Translations under genes and position numbers: made by a program
Assembly: GCF_009914755.1 (NCBI RefSeq)
Contig: NC_060935.1
Length of the DNA: 64,000 bases
Reading direction: 5' to 3' (one strand)
Source of the DNA: the human T2T-CHM13v2.0 reference genome, Homo sapiens
The notes under the pieces: model-generated
Seen by the model: the letters and a program-made list of their open reading frames with translations, nothing else
Told to the model about the DNA's origin: nothing
Database searches by the model: none
Part shown: piece by piece, positions 1 to 10,618 of the stretch
Position numbering within the stretch: position 1 is the first letter of the stretch
How the letters are laid out: each line of letters begins with the position of its first letter

Positions 1-83
1 GTAGAAAATGCGATTGGAGATTTGGACTGCTTTGAGGCCTACTGTAGTAAAGGAAATAACTTCATCTAAAAACCAAACGGAAG

Positions 84-251
84 CATTCACAGACAATTCT
101 TAGTGATCATTGGATTGAACTAACAGAGCTGAACATTCCTTTAGATGGAGCAGTTGCCAAACCCACTTTCTGTAGAATCTGCAAGTGGATATTTGGACTT
201 CTCTGAGGATTTCGTGGGAAACGGGATAAACTTCCCAGAACTACACGGAAG
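84..251 (+). repeat. Monomer 1 (short, B-type, W1-like) with CENP-B box
   Basis: Starts CATTCACAGACAATTC and is shorter than 171 bp. Box at 210-226 is TTTCGTGGGAAACGGGA (core intact). The W label is inferred from the SF3 order. Confidence 0.8.
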
Positions 252-421
252 CATTGTGAGAAACTTCTTTGTGATGTTTGCATTCAACTCACAGAGTTGA
301 ACCTTGCTTTCATAGTTCAGCTTTCAAACACTCTTTTTGTAGAATCTGCAAGTGGATATTTGGACCACTTTGTGGCCTTCCTTCGAAACGGGTATATCTC
401 CACATCAAACCTAGACAGAAG
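252..421 (+). repeat. Monomer 2 (B-type, W2-like) with degenerate CENP-B box
   Basis: The box position 377-393 reads CTTCCTTCGAAACGGGT, with TTCC in place of the required TTCG. Confidence 0.8.
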
Positions 422-592
422 CATTCTCAGAATTTTTCCTATGATGACTGCATTCAACTCACAGAGGTGAACAATCCTGCTGATGGAGCAGTTTTGAAAC
501 TCTCTTTCTTTGGATTCTGCAAGTGGATATGTGGACCTCTGTGAAGATTTCGTTGGAAACGGGTTCATCTTCACAGAAAAACTAAACAGGAG
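422..592 (+). repeat. Monomer 3 (B-type, W3-like) with CENP-B box
   Basis: Box at 548-564 is TTTCGTTGGAAACGGGT. Confidence 0.8.
548..564 (+). promoter_or_regulatory. CENP-B box, monomer 3 class (representative; recurs every HOR)
   Basis: TTTCGTTGGAAACGGGT matches the core nTTCGnnnnAnnCGGGn. Confidence 0.95.
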
Positions 593-762
593 CATTCTCA
601 GAAACTGCTTTGTGATGTTTGTGTTCCACTTCAAGAATTGAACTTTCCTCTTGACAGAACAGCTCTGAAACCCTCTTTTTCTAGAATCTGCAAGTGGACA
701 TTTGGAGGGCTTTGAGGCCTGTGGTGGAAAAGGAAAATCTTCACATAAAAACTAGATGGAAG
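593..762 (+). repeat. Monomer 4 (A-type, W4-like) with pJalpha-type box and the XbaI site
   Basis: CTGTGGTGGAAAAGGAA at 719-735; TCTAGA at 680-685. Confidence 0.8.
719..735 (+). promoter_or_regulatory. pJalpha (A-box) motif (representative)
   Basis: CTGTGGTGGAAAAGGAA has one mismatch to CTAYGGTGRAAAAGGAA and sits where B monomers carry the CENP-B box. Confidence 0.75.
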
Positions 763-933
763 CATTCTCAGAAACTACTTTGTGATGATTGCATTCGACT
801 CACAGAGTTGAACATTCCTATAGATAGAGCAGGTTGTAAACAATCTTTTTCTAGAATCTGCGATTGGAGATTTGGACTGCTTTGAGGCCTACTGTAGTAA
901 AGGAAATAACTTCATCTAAAAACCAAACGGAAG
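763..933 (+). repeat. Monomer 5 (A-type, W5-like) with diverged pJalpha-type box
   Basis: CTACTGTAGTAAAGGAA at 889-905 occupies the box position. Confidence 0.75.
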
Positions 934-1059
934 CATTCACAGACAATACTTAGTGATCATTGCATTGAACTAACAGAGCTGAACATTCCTTTAGATGGCG
1001 CAGTTTCCAAACACACTTTCTGTAGAATCTGCAAGTGGATATTTGGACCTCTCGGAGGA

Positions 1060-1076
1060 TTTCGTTGGAAACGGGA
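1060..1076 (+). promoter_or_regulatory. CENP-B box, monomer 1 class (representative; recurs every HOR)
   Basis: TTTCGTTGGAAACGGGA matches the full 17-bp consensus YTTCGTTGGAARCGGGA. Confidence 0.97.
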
Positions 1077-4000
1077 TAAACTTCCCAGAACTACACGGAA
1101 GCATTGTGAGAAACTTCTTTGTGATGTTTGCATTCAACTCACAGAGTTGAACCTTGCTTTCATAGTTCAGCTTTCAAACACTCTTTTTGTAGAATCTGCA
1201 AGTGGATATTTGGACCACTTTGTGGCCTTCCTTCGAAACGGGTATATCTTCACATCAAACCTAGACAGAAGCATTCTCAGAATGTTTCCTGTGATGACTG
1301 CATTCAACTCACAGAGGTGAACAATCCTGCTGATGGAGCAGTTTTGAAACTCTCTTTCTTTGGATTCTGCAAGTGGATATGTGGACCTCTGTGAAGATTT
1401 CGTTGGAAACGGGTTCATCTTCACAGAAAAACAAAACAGGAGCATTCTCAGAAACTGCTTTGTGATGTTTGTGTTCCACTTAAAGAATTGAACTTTCCTC
1501 TTGACAGAGCAGCTCTGAAACCCTCTTTTTCTAGAATCTGCAAGTGGACATTTGGAGGGCTTTGAGGCCTGTGGTGGAAAAGGAAAATCTTCACATAAAA
1601 ACTTTATGGAAGCATTCTCAAAAACTTCTTTGTGATGATTGCATTCGACTCACAGAGTTGAACATTCCTATAGATAGAGCAGGTTGTAAACAATCTTTTT
1701 GTAGAATCTGCGATTGGAGATTTGGACTGCTTTGAGGCCTACTGTAGTAAAGGAAATAACTTCATCTAAAAACCAAACGGAAGCATTCACAGACAATTCT
1801 TAGTGATCATTGCATTGAACTAACAGAGCTGAACATTCCTTTAGATGGCGCAGTTTCCAAACACACTTTCTGTAGAATCTGCAAGTGGATATTTGGACCT
1901 CTCTGAGGATTTCGTTAGAAACGGGATAAACTTCCCAGAACTACACGGAAGCATGCTGAGAAACTTCTTTGTGATGTTTGCATTCAACTCACAGAGTTGA
2001 ACCTTGCTTTCATAGTTCAGCTTTCAAACACTCTTTTTGTAGAATCTGCAAGTGGATATTGGGACCACTTTGTGGCCTTCCTTCGAAACGGGTATATCTT
2101 CACATCAAACCTAGACAGAAGCATTCTCAGAATGTTTCCTGTGATGACTGCATTCAACTCACAGAGGTGAACAATCCTGCTGATGGAGCAATTTTGAAAC
2201 TCTCTTTCTTTGGATTCTGCAAGTGGATATGTGGACCTCTGTGAAGATTTCGTTGGAAACGGGTTCATCTTCACAGAAAAACTAAACAGAAGCATTCTCA
2301 GAAACTGCTTTGTGATGTTTGTGTTCCACTTCAGGAATTGAACTTTCCTCTTGACAGAGCAGCTCTGAAACCCTCTTATTCTAGAATCTGCAAGTGGACA
2401 TTTGGAGGGCTTTGAGGCCTGTGGTGGAAAAGGAAAATCTTCACAGAAAAACTAGATGGAAGCATTCTCAGAAACTACTTTGTGATGATTGCATTCGACT
2501 CACAGAGTTGAACATTCCTATAGATAGAGCAGGTTGTAAACAATCTTTTTGTAGAATCTGCGATTGGAGATTTGGACTGCTTTGAGTCCTACTGTAGTAA
2601 AGGAAATAACTTCATCTAAAAACCAAACGGAAGCATTCACAGACAATTCTTAGTGATCATTGCATTGAACTAACAGAGCTGAACATTCCTTTAGATGGAG
2701 CAGTTTCCAAACACACTTTCTGTAGAACCTGCAAGTGGATATTTGGACCTCTCTGAGGATTTCGTTGGAAACGGGATAAACTTCCCAGAACTACACGGAA
2801 GCATTGTGAGAAACTTCTTTGTGATGTTTGCATTCAACTCACAGAGTTGAACCTTGCTTTCATAGTTCAGCTTTCAAACACTCTTTTTGTAGAGTCTGCA
2901 AGTGGATATTTGGACCACTTTGTGGCCTTCCTTCGAAACGGGTATATCTTCACATCAAACCTAGACAGAAGCATTCTCAGAATGTTTCCTGTGATGACTG
3001 CATTCAACTCACAGAGGTGAACAATCCTGCTGATGGAGCAGTTTTGAAACTCTCTTTCTTTGGATTCTGCAAGTGGATATGTGGACCTCTGTGAAGATTT
3101 CGTTGGAAACGGGTTCATCTTCACAGAAAAACTAAACAGAAACATTCTCACAAACTGCTTTGTGATGTTTGTGTTCCACTTCAGGAATTGAACTTTCCTC
3201 TTGACAGAGCAGCTCTGAAACCCTCTTATTCTATAATCTGCAAGTGGACATTTGGAGGGCTTTGAGGCCTGTGGTGGAAAAGGAAAATCTTCACATAAAA
3301 ACTAGATGGAAGCATTCTCAGAAACTACTTTGTGATGATTGCATTCGACTCACAGATTTGAACATTCCTATAGATAGAGCAGGTTGTAAACAATCTTTTT
3401 GTAGAATCTGCGATTGGAGATTTGGACTGCTTTGAGGCCTACTGTAGTAAAGGAAATAACTTCATCTAAAAACCAAACGGAAGCATTCACAGACAATTCT
3501 TAGTGATCATTGGATTGAACTAACAGAGCTGAACATTCCTTTAGATGGCGCAGTTTCCAAACACACTTTCTGTAGAATCTGCAAGTGGATATTTGGACTT
3601 CTCTGAGGATTTCGTTGGAAACGGGATAAACTTCCCAGAACTACACGGAAGCATTGTGAGAAACTTCTTTGTGATGTTTGCATTCAACTCACAGAGTTGA
3701 ACCTTGCTTTCATAGTTCAGCTTTCAAACACTCTTTTTGTAGAATCTGCAAGTGCATATTTGGACCACTTTGTGGCCTTCCTTCGAAACGGGTATATCTT
3801 CACATCAAACCTAGACAGAAGCATTCTCAGAATGTTTCCTGTGAAGACTGCATTCAACTCACAGAGATGAACAATCCTGTTGATGGAGCACTTTGGAAAC
3901 TCTCTTTCTTGGGATTCTGCAAGTTGATATGTGGAACTCTGTGAAGATTTCGTTGGAAACGTGTTCATCTTCACAGAAAAACTAAACAGAAGCATTCTCA

Positions 4001-7000
4001 AAAACTACTTTGTGATGTTTGTGTTCCACTTCAAGAATTGAACTTTCCTCTTGACAGAGCAGCTCTGAAAACCTCTTTTTCTAGAATCTGCAAGTGGACA
4101 TTTGGAGGGCTTTGAGGCCTGTGGTGGAAAAGGAAAATCTTCACATAAAAACTAGATGGAAGCATTCTCAGAAACTACTTTGTGATGATTGCATTCGACT
4201 CACAGAGTTGAACATTCCTATAGATAGAGCAGGTTGTAAACAATCTTTTTGTAGAATCTGCGATTGGAGATTTGGACTGCTTTGAGGCCTACTGTAGTAA
4301 AGGAAATAACTTCATCTAAAAACCAAACGGAAGCATTCACAGACAATTCTTAGTGATCATTGGATTGAACTAACACAGCTGAAAATTCCTTTAGATGGAG
4401 CAGTTTCCAAACACACTTTCTGTAGAATCTGCAAGTGGATATTTGGACCTCTCTGAGGATTTCGTTGGAAACGGGATAAACTTCCCAGAACTACACGGAA
4501 GCATTCTGAGAAACTTCTTTGTGATGTTTGCATTCAACTCACAGAGTTGAACCTTGCTTTCATAGTTCAGCTTTCAAACACTCTTTTTGTAGAATCTGCA
4601 AGTGGATATTGGGACCACTTTGTGGCCTTCCTTCGAAACGGGTATATCTTCACATCAAACCTAGACAGAAGCATTCTCAGAATGTTTCCTGTGATGACTG
4701 CATTCAACTCACAGAGGTGAACAATCCTGCTGATGGAGCAGTTTTGAAACTCTCTTTCTTTGGATTCTGCAAGTGGATATGTGGACCTCTGTGAAGATTT
4801 CGTTGGAAACGGGTTCATCTTCACAGAAAAACTAAACAAGAGCATTCTCAGAAACTGCTTTGTGATGTTTGTGTTCCACTTAAAGAATTGAACTTTCCTC
4901 TTGACAGAGCAGCTCTGAAACCCTCTTTTTCTAGAATCTGCAAGTGGACATTTGGAGGGCTTTGAGGCCTGTGGTGGAAAAGGAAAATCTTCACATAAAA
5001 ACTTTATGGAAGCATTCTCAGAAACTTCTTTGTGATGATTGCATTCGACTCACAGAGTTGAACATTCCTATAGATAGAGCAGGTTGTAAACAATCTTTTT
5101 GTAGAATCTGCGATTGGAGATTTGGACTGCTTTGAGGCCTACTGTAGTAAAGGAAATTACTTCATCTAAAAACCAAACGGAAGCATTCACAGACAATTCT
5201 TAGTGATCATTGGATTGAACTAACAGAGCTGAACATTCCTTTAGATGGAGCAGTTTCCAAACCCACTTTCTGTAGAATCTGCAAGTGGATATTTGCACTT
5301 CTCTGAGGATTTCGTTGGAAACGGGATAAACTTCCCAGAACTACACGGAAGCATTGTGAGAAACTTCTTTGTGATGTTTGCATTCAACTCACAGAGTTGA
5401 ACCTTGTTTTCATAGTTCAGCTTTCAAACACTCTTTTTGTAGAATCTGCAAGTGGATATTTGGACCACTTTGTGGCCTTCCTTCGAAACGGGTATATCTT
5501 CACATCAAACCTAGACAGAAGCATTCTCAGAATGTTTCCTGTGATGACTGCATTCAACTCACAGAGGTGAACAATCCTGTTGATGGAGCACTTTTGAAAC
5601 TCTCTTTCTTTGTATTCTGCAAGTTGATATGTGGACCTCTGCGAAGATTTCGTTGGAAACGGGTTCATCTTCACAGAAAAACTAAACAGAAGCATTCTCA
5701 GAAACTACTTTGTGATGTTTGTGTTCCACTTCAAGAATTGAACTTTCCTCTTGACAGAGCAGCTCTGAAACCCTCTTTTTCTAGAATCTGCAAGTGGACA
5801 TTTGGAGGGCTTTGAGGCCTGTGGTGGAAAAGGAAAATCTTCACATAAAAACTAGATGGAAGCATTCTCAGAAACTACTTTGTGATGATTGCATTCGACT
5901 CACAGAGTTGAACATTCCTATAGATAGAGCAGGTTGTAAACAATCTTTTTGTAGAATCTGCGATTGGAGATTTGGACTGCTTTGAGGCCTACTGTAGTAA
6001 AGGAAATAACTTCATCTAAAAACCAAACGGAAGCATTCACAGACAATTCTTAGTGATCATTGCATTGAACTAACAGAGCTGAACATTCCTTTAGATGGCG
6101 CAGTTTCCAAACACACTTTCTGTAGAATCTGCAAGTGGATATTTGGACCTCTCTGAGGATTTCGTTAGAAACGGGATAAACTTCCCAGAACTACACGGAA
6201 GCATGCTGAGAAACTTCTTTGTGATGTTTGCATTCAACTCACAGAGTTGAACCTTGCTTTCATAGTTCAGCTTTCAAACACTCTTTTTGTAGAATCTGCA
6301 AGTGGATATTTGGACCACTTTGTGGCCTTCCTTCGAAACGGGTATATCTTCACATCAAACCTAGACAGAAGCATTCTCAGAATGTTTCCTGTGATGACTG
6401 CATTCAACTCACAGAGGTGAACAATCCTGCTGATGGAGCAATTTTGAAACTCTCTTTCTTTGGATTCTGCAAGTGGATATGTGGACCTCTGTGAAGATTT
6501 CGTTGGAAACGGGTTCATCTTCACAGAAAAACTAAACAGAAGCATTCTCAGAAACTGCTTTGTGATGTTTGTGTTCCACTTCAGGAATTGAACTTTCCTC
6601 TTGACAGAGCAGCTCTGAAACCCTCTTATTCTAGAATCTGCAAGTGGACATTTGGAGGGCTTTGAGGCCTGTGGTGGAAAAGGAAAATCTTCACAGAAAA
6701 ACTAGATGGAAGCATTCTCAGAAACTACTTTGTGATGATTGCATTCGACTCACAGAGTTGAACATTCCTATAGATAGAGCAGGTTGTAAACAATCTTTTT
6801 GTAGAATCTGCGATTGGAGATTTGGACTGCTTTGAGTCCTACTGTAGTAAAGGAAATAACTTCATCTAAAAACCAAACGGAAGCATTCACAGACAATTCT
6901 TAGTGATCATTGCATTGAACTAACAGAGCTGAACATTCCTTTAGATGGAGCAGTTTCCAAACACACTTTCTGTAGAACCTGCAAGTGGATATTTGGACCT

Positions 7001-10000
7001 CTCTGAGGATTTCGTTGGAAACGGGATAAACTTCCCAGAACTACACGGAAGCATTGTGAGAAACTTCTTTGTGATGTTTGCATTCAACTCACAGAGTTGA
7101 ACCTTGCTTTCATAGTTCAGCTTTCAAACACTCTTTTTGTAGAATCTGCAAGTGGATATTTGGACCACTTTGTGGCCTTCCTTCGAAACGGGTATATCTT
7201 CACATCAAACCTAGACAGAAGCATTCTCAGAATGTTTCCTGTGATGACTGCATTCAACTCACAGAGGTGAGCAATCCTGCTGATGGAGCAGTTTTGAAAC
7301 TCTCTTTCTTTGGATTCTGCAAGTGGATATGTGGACCTCTGTGAAGATTTCGTTGGAAACGGGTTCATCTTCACAGAAAAACTAAACAGAAACATTCTCA
7401 CAAACTGCTTTGTGATGTTTGTGTTCCACTTCAGGAATTGAACTTTCCTCTTGACAGAGCAGCTCTGAAACCCTCTTATTCTAGAATCTGCAAGTGGACA
7501 TTTGGAGGGCTTTGAGGCCTGTGGTGGAAAAGGAAAATCTTCACATAAAAACTAGATGGAAGCATTCTCAGAAACTACTTTGTGATGATTGCATTCGACT
7601 CATAGATTTGAACATTCCTATAGATAGAGCAGGTTGTAAACAATCTTTTTGTAGAATCTGCGATTGGAGATTTGGACTGCTTTGAGGCCTACTGTAGTAA
7701 AGGAAATAACTTCATCTAAAAACCAAACGGAAGCATTCACAGACAATTCTTAGTGATCATTGGATTGAACTAACAGAGCTGAACATTCCTTTAGATGGCG
7801 CAGTTTCCAAACACACTTTCTGTAGAATCTGCAAGTGGATATTTGGACTTCTCTGAGGATTTCGTTGGAAACGGGATAAACTTCCCAATACTACACGGAA
7901 GCATTGTGAGAAACTTCTTTGTGATGTTTGCATTCAACTCACAGAGTTGAACCTTGCTTTCATAGTTCAGCTTTCAAACACTCTTTTTGTAGAATCTGCA
8001 AGTGGATATTTGGACCACTTTTTGGGCTTCCTTCGAAACGGGTATATCTTCACATCAAACCTAGACAGAAACATTCTCAGAATGTTTCCTGTGATGACTG
8101 CATTCAACTCACAGAGGTGAACAATCCTGCTGATGGAGCAGTTTTGAAACTCTCTTTCTTTGGATTCTGCAAGTGGATATGTGGACCTCTGTGAAGATTT
8201 CGATGGAAACGGGTTCATCTTCACAGAAAAACTAAACAGGAGCATTCTCAGAAACTGCTTTGTGATGTTTGTGTTCCACTTCAAGAATTTAACTTTCCTC
8301 TTGACAGAGCAGCTCTGAAACCCTATTTTTCTAGAATATGCAAGTGGACATTTGGAGGGCTTTGAGGCCTGTGGTGGAAAAGGAAAATCTTCACATAAAA
8401 ACTAGATGGAAGCATTCTCAGAAACTACTTTGTGATGATTGCATTCGACTCACAGAGTTGAACATTCCTATAGATAGAGCAGGTTGTAAACAATCTTTTT
8501 CTAGAATCTGCGATTGGAGATTTGGACTGCTTTGAGGCCTACTGTAGTAAAGGAAATAACTTCATCTAAAAACCAAACGGAAGCATTCACAGACAATTCT
8601 TAGTGATCATTGGATTGAACTAACAGAGCTGAACATTCCTTTAGATGGAGCAGTTTCCAAACCCACTTTCTGTAGAATCTGCAAGTGGATATTTGGACTT
8701 CTCTGAGGATTTCGTTGGAAACGGGATAAACTTCCCAGAACTGCAGGGAAGCATTGTGAGAAACTTCTTTGTGATGTTTGCATTCAACTCACAGAGTTGA
8801 ACCTTGCTTTCATAGTTCAGCTTTCAAACACTCTTTTTGTAGAATCTGCAAGTGGATATTTGGACCACTTTGTGGCCTTCCTTCGAAACGGGTATATCTT
8901 CACATCAAACCTAGACAGAAGCATTCTCAGAATGTTTCCTGTGAAGACTGCATTCAACTCACAGAGATGAACAATCCTGTTGATGGAGCACTTTGGAAAC
9001 TCTCTTTCTTGGGATTCTGCAAGTTGATATGTGGACCTCTGTGAAGATTTCGTTGGAAACGGGTTCATCTTCACAGAAAAACTAAACAGAAGCATTCTGA
9101 AAAACTACTTTGTTATGTTTGTGTTCCACTTCAAGAATTGAACTTTCCTCTTGACAGAGCAGCTCTGAAACCCTCTTTTTCTAGAATCTGCAAGTGGACA
9201 TTTGGAGGGCTTTGAGGCCTGTGATGGAAAAGGAAAATCTTCACATAAAAACTAGATGGAAGCATTCTCAGAAACTACTTTGTGATGATTGCATTCGACT
9301 CACAGAGTTGAACATTCCTATAGATAGAGCAGGTTGTAAACAATCTTTTTCTAGAATCTGCGATTGGAGATTTGGACTGCTTTGAGGCCTACTGTAGTAA
9401 AGGAAATAACTTCATCTAAAAACCAAACGGAAGCATTCACAGACAATTCTTAGTGATCATTGGATTGAACTAACACAGCTGAACATTCCTTTAGATGGAG
9501 CAGTTTCCAAACACACTTTCTGTAGAATCTGCAAGTGGATATTTGGACCTCTCTGAGAATTTCGTTGGAAACGGGATAAATTTCCCAAAACTACACGGAA
9601 GCATTCTGAGAAACTTCTTTGTGATGTTTGCATTCAACTCACAGAGTTGAACCTTGCTTTCATACTTCAGCTTTCAAACACTCTTTTTGTAGAATCTGCA
9701 AGTGGATATTTGGACCACTTTGTGGCCTTCCTTCGAAACGGGTATATCTTCACATCAAACCTAGACAGAAGCATTCTCAGAATGTTTCCTGTGATGACTG
9801 CATTCAACTCACAGAGGTGAACAATCCTGCTGATGGAGCAGTTTTGAAACTCTCTTTCTTTGGATTCTGCAAGTGGATATGTGGACCTCTGTGAAGATTT
9901 CGTTGGAAACGGGTTCATCTTCACAGAAAAACTAAACAGAAGCATTCTCAGAAACTGCTTTGTGATGTTTGTGTTCCACTTCAGGAATTGAACTTTCCTC

Positions 10001-10451
10001 TTGACAGAGCAGCTCTGAAACCCTCTTATTCTAGAATCTGCAAGTGGACATTTGGAGGGCTTTGAGGCCTGTGGTGGAAAAGGAAAATCTTCACATAAAT
10101 ACTAGATGGAAGCATTCTCAGAAACTACTTTGTGATGATTGCATTCGAATCACAGAGTTGAACATTCCTATAGATAGAGCAGGTTGTAAACAATCTTTTT
10201 GTAGAAAATGCGATTGGAGATTTGGACTGCTTTGAGGCCTACTGTAGTAAAGGAAATAACTTCATCTAAAAACCAAACGGAAGCATTCACAGACAATTCT
10301 TAGTGATCATTGGATTGAACTAACAGAGCTGAACATTCCTTTACATGGAGCAGTTGCCAAACCCACTTTCTGTAGAATCTGCAAGTGGATATTTGGACTT
10401 CTCTGAGGATTTCGTGGGAAACGGGATAAACTTCCCAGAACTACACGGAAG

Positions 10452-10618
10452 CATTGTGAGAAACTTCTTTGTGATGTTTGCATTCAACTCACAGAGTTGA
10501 ACCTTGCTTTCATAGTTCAGCTTTCAAACACTCTTTTTGTAGAATCTGCAAGTGGATATTTGGACTTCTCTGAGGATTTCGTTGGAAACGGGATAAACTT
10601 CCCAGAACTACACGGAAG
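10452..10618 (+). repeat. Hybrid monomer (5' part monomer 2, 3' part monomer 1), 167 bp
   Basis: Monomer 2 sequence runs to TGTAGAATCTGCAAGTGGATATTTGGAC (10538-10565). It then continues as monomer 1 (TTCTCTGAGGATTTCGTTGGAAACGGGATAAAC) instead of CACTTTGTGG. Confidence 0.95.
10577..10593 (+). promoter_or_regulatory. Extra CENP-B box within the hybrid monomer
   Basis: TTTCGTTGGAAACGGGA, 167 bp after the box at 10410-10426. Confidence 0.93.

Larger units (their letters stand above)
84..933 (+). repeat. Representative canonical 5-mer HOR unit (850 bp)
   Basis: Monomer starts (CATT after AG) fall at 84, 252, 422, 593 and 763, with the next unit at 934. Lengths 168+170+171+170+171 = 850. Confidence 0.95.

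Noticed and set aside
382-823. Short palindromes (TTCGAA, TCTAGA, CTATAG)
   Set aside because: These are six-base palindromes expected by chance and fixed in the consensus. I saw no long inverted repeat to support a hairpin or terminator call.
5378-5815. Longer 145-aa ORF (also the 120-aa ORF at 19995)
   Set aside because: Caused by a single TGA-to-CGA change at 5642, and by a 1-bp deletion for the other. There is no sign of coding function.
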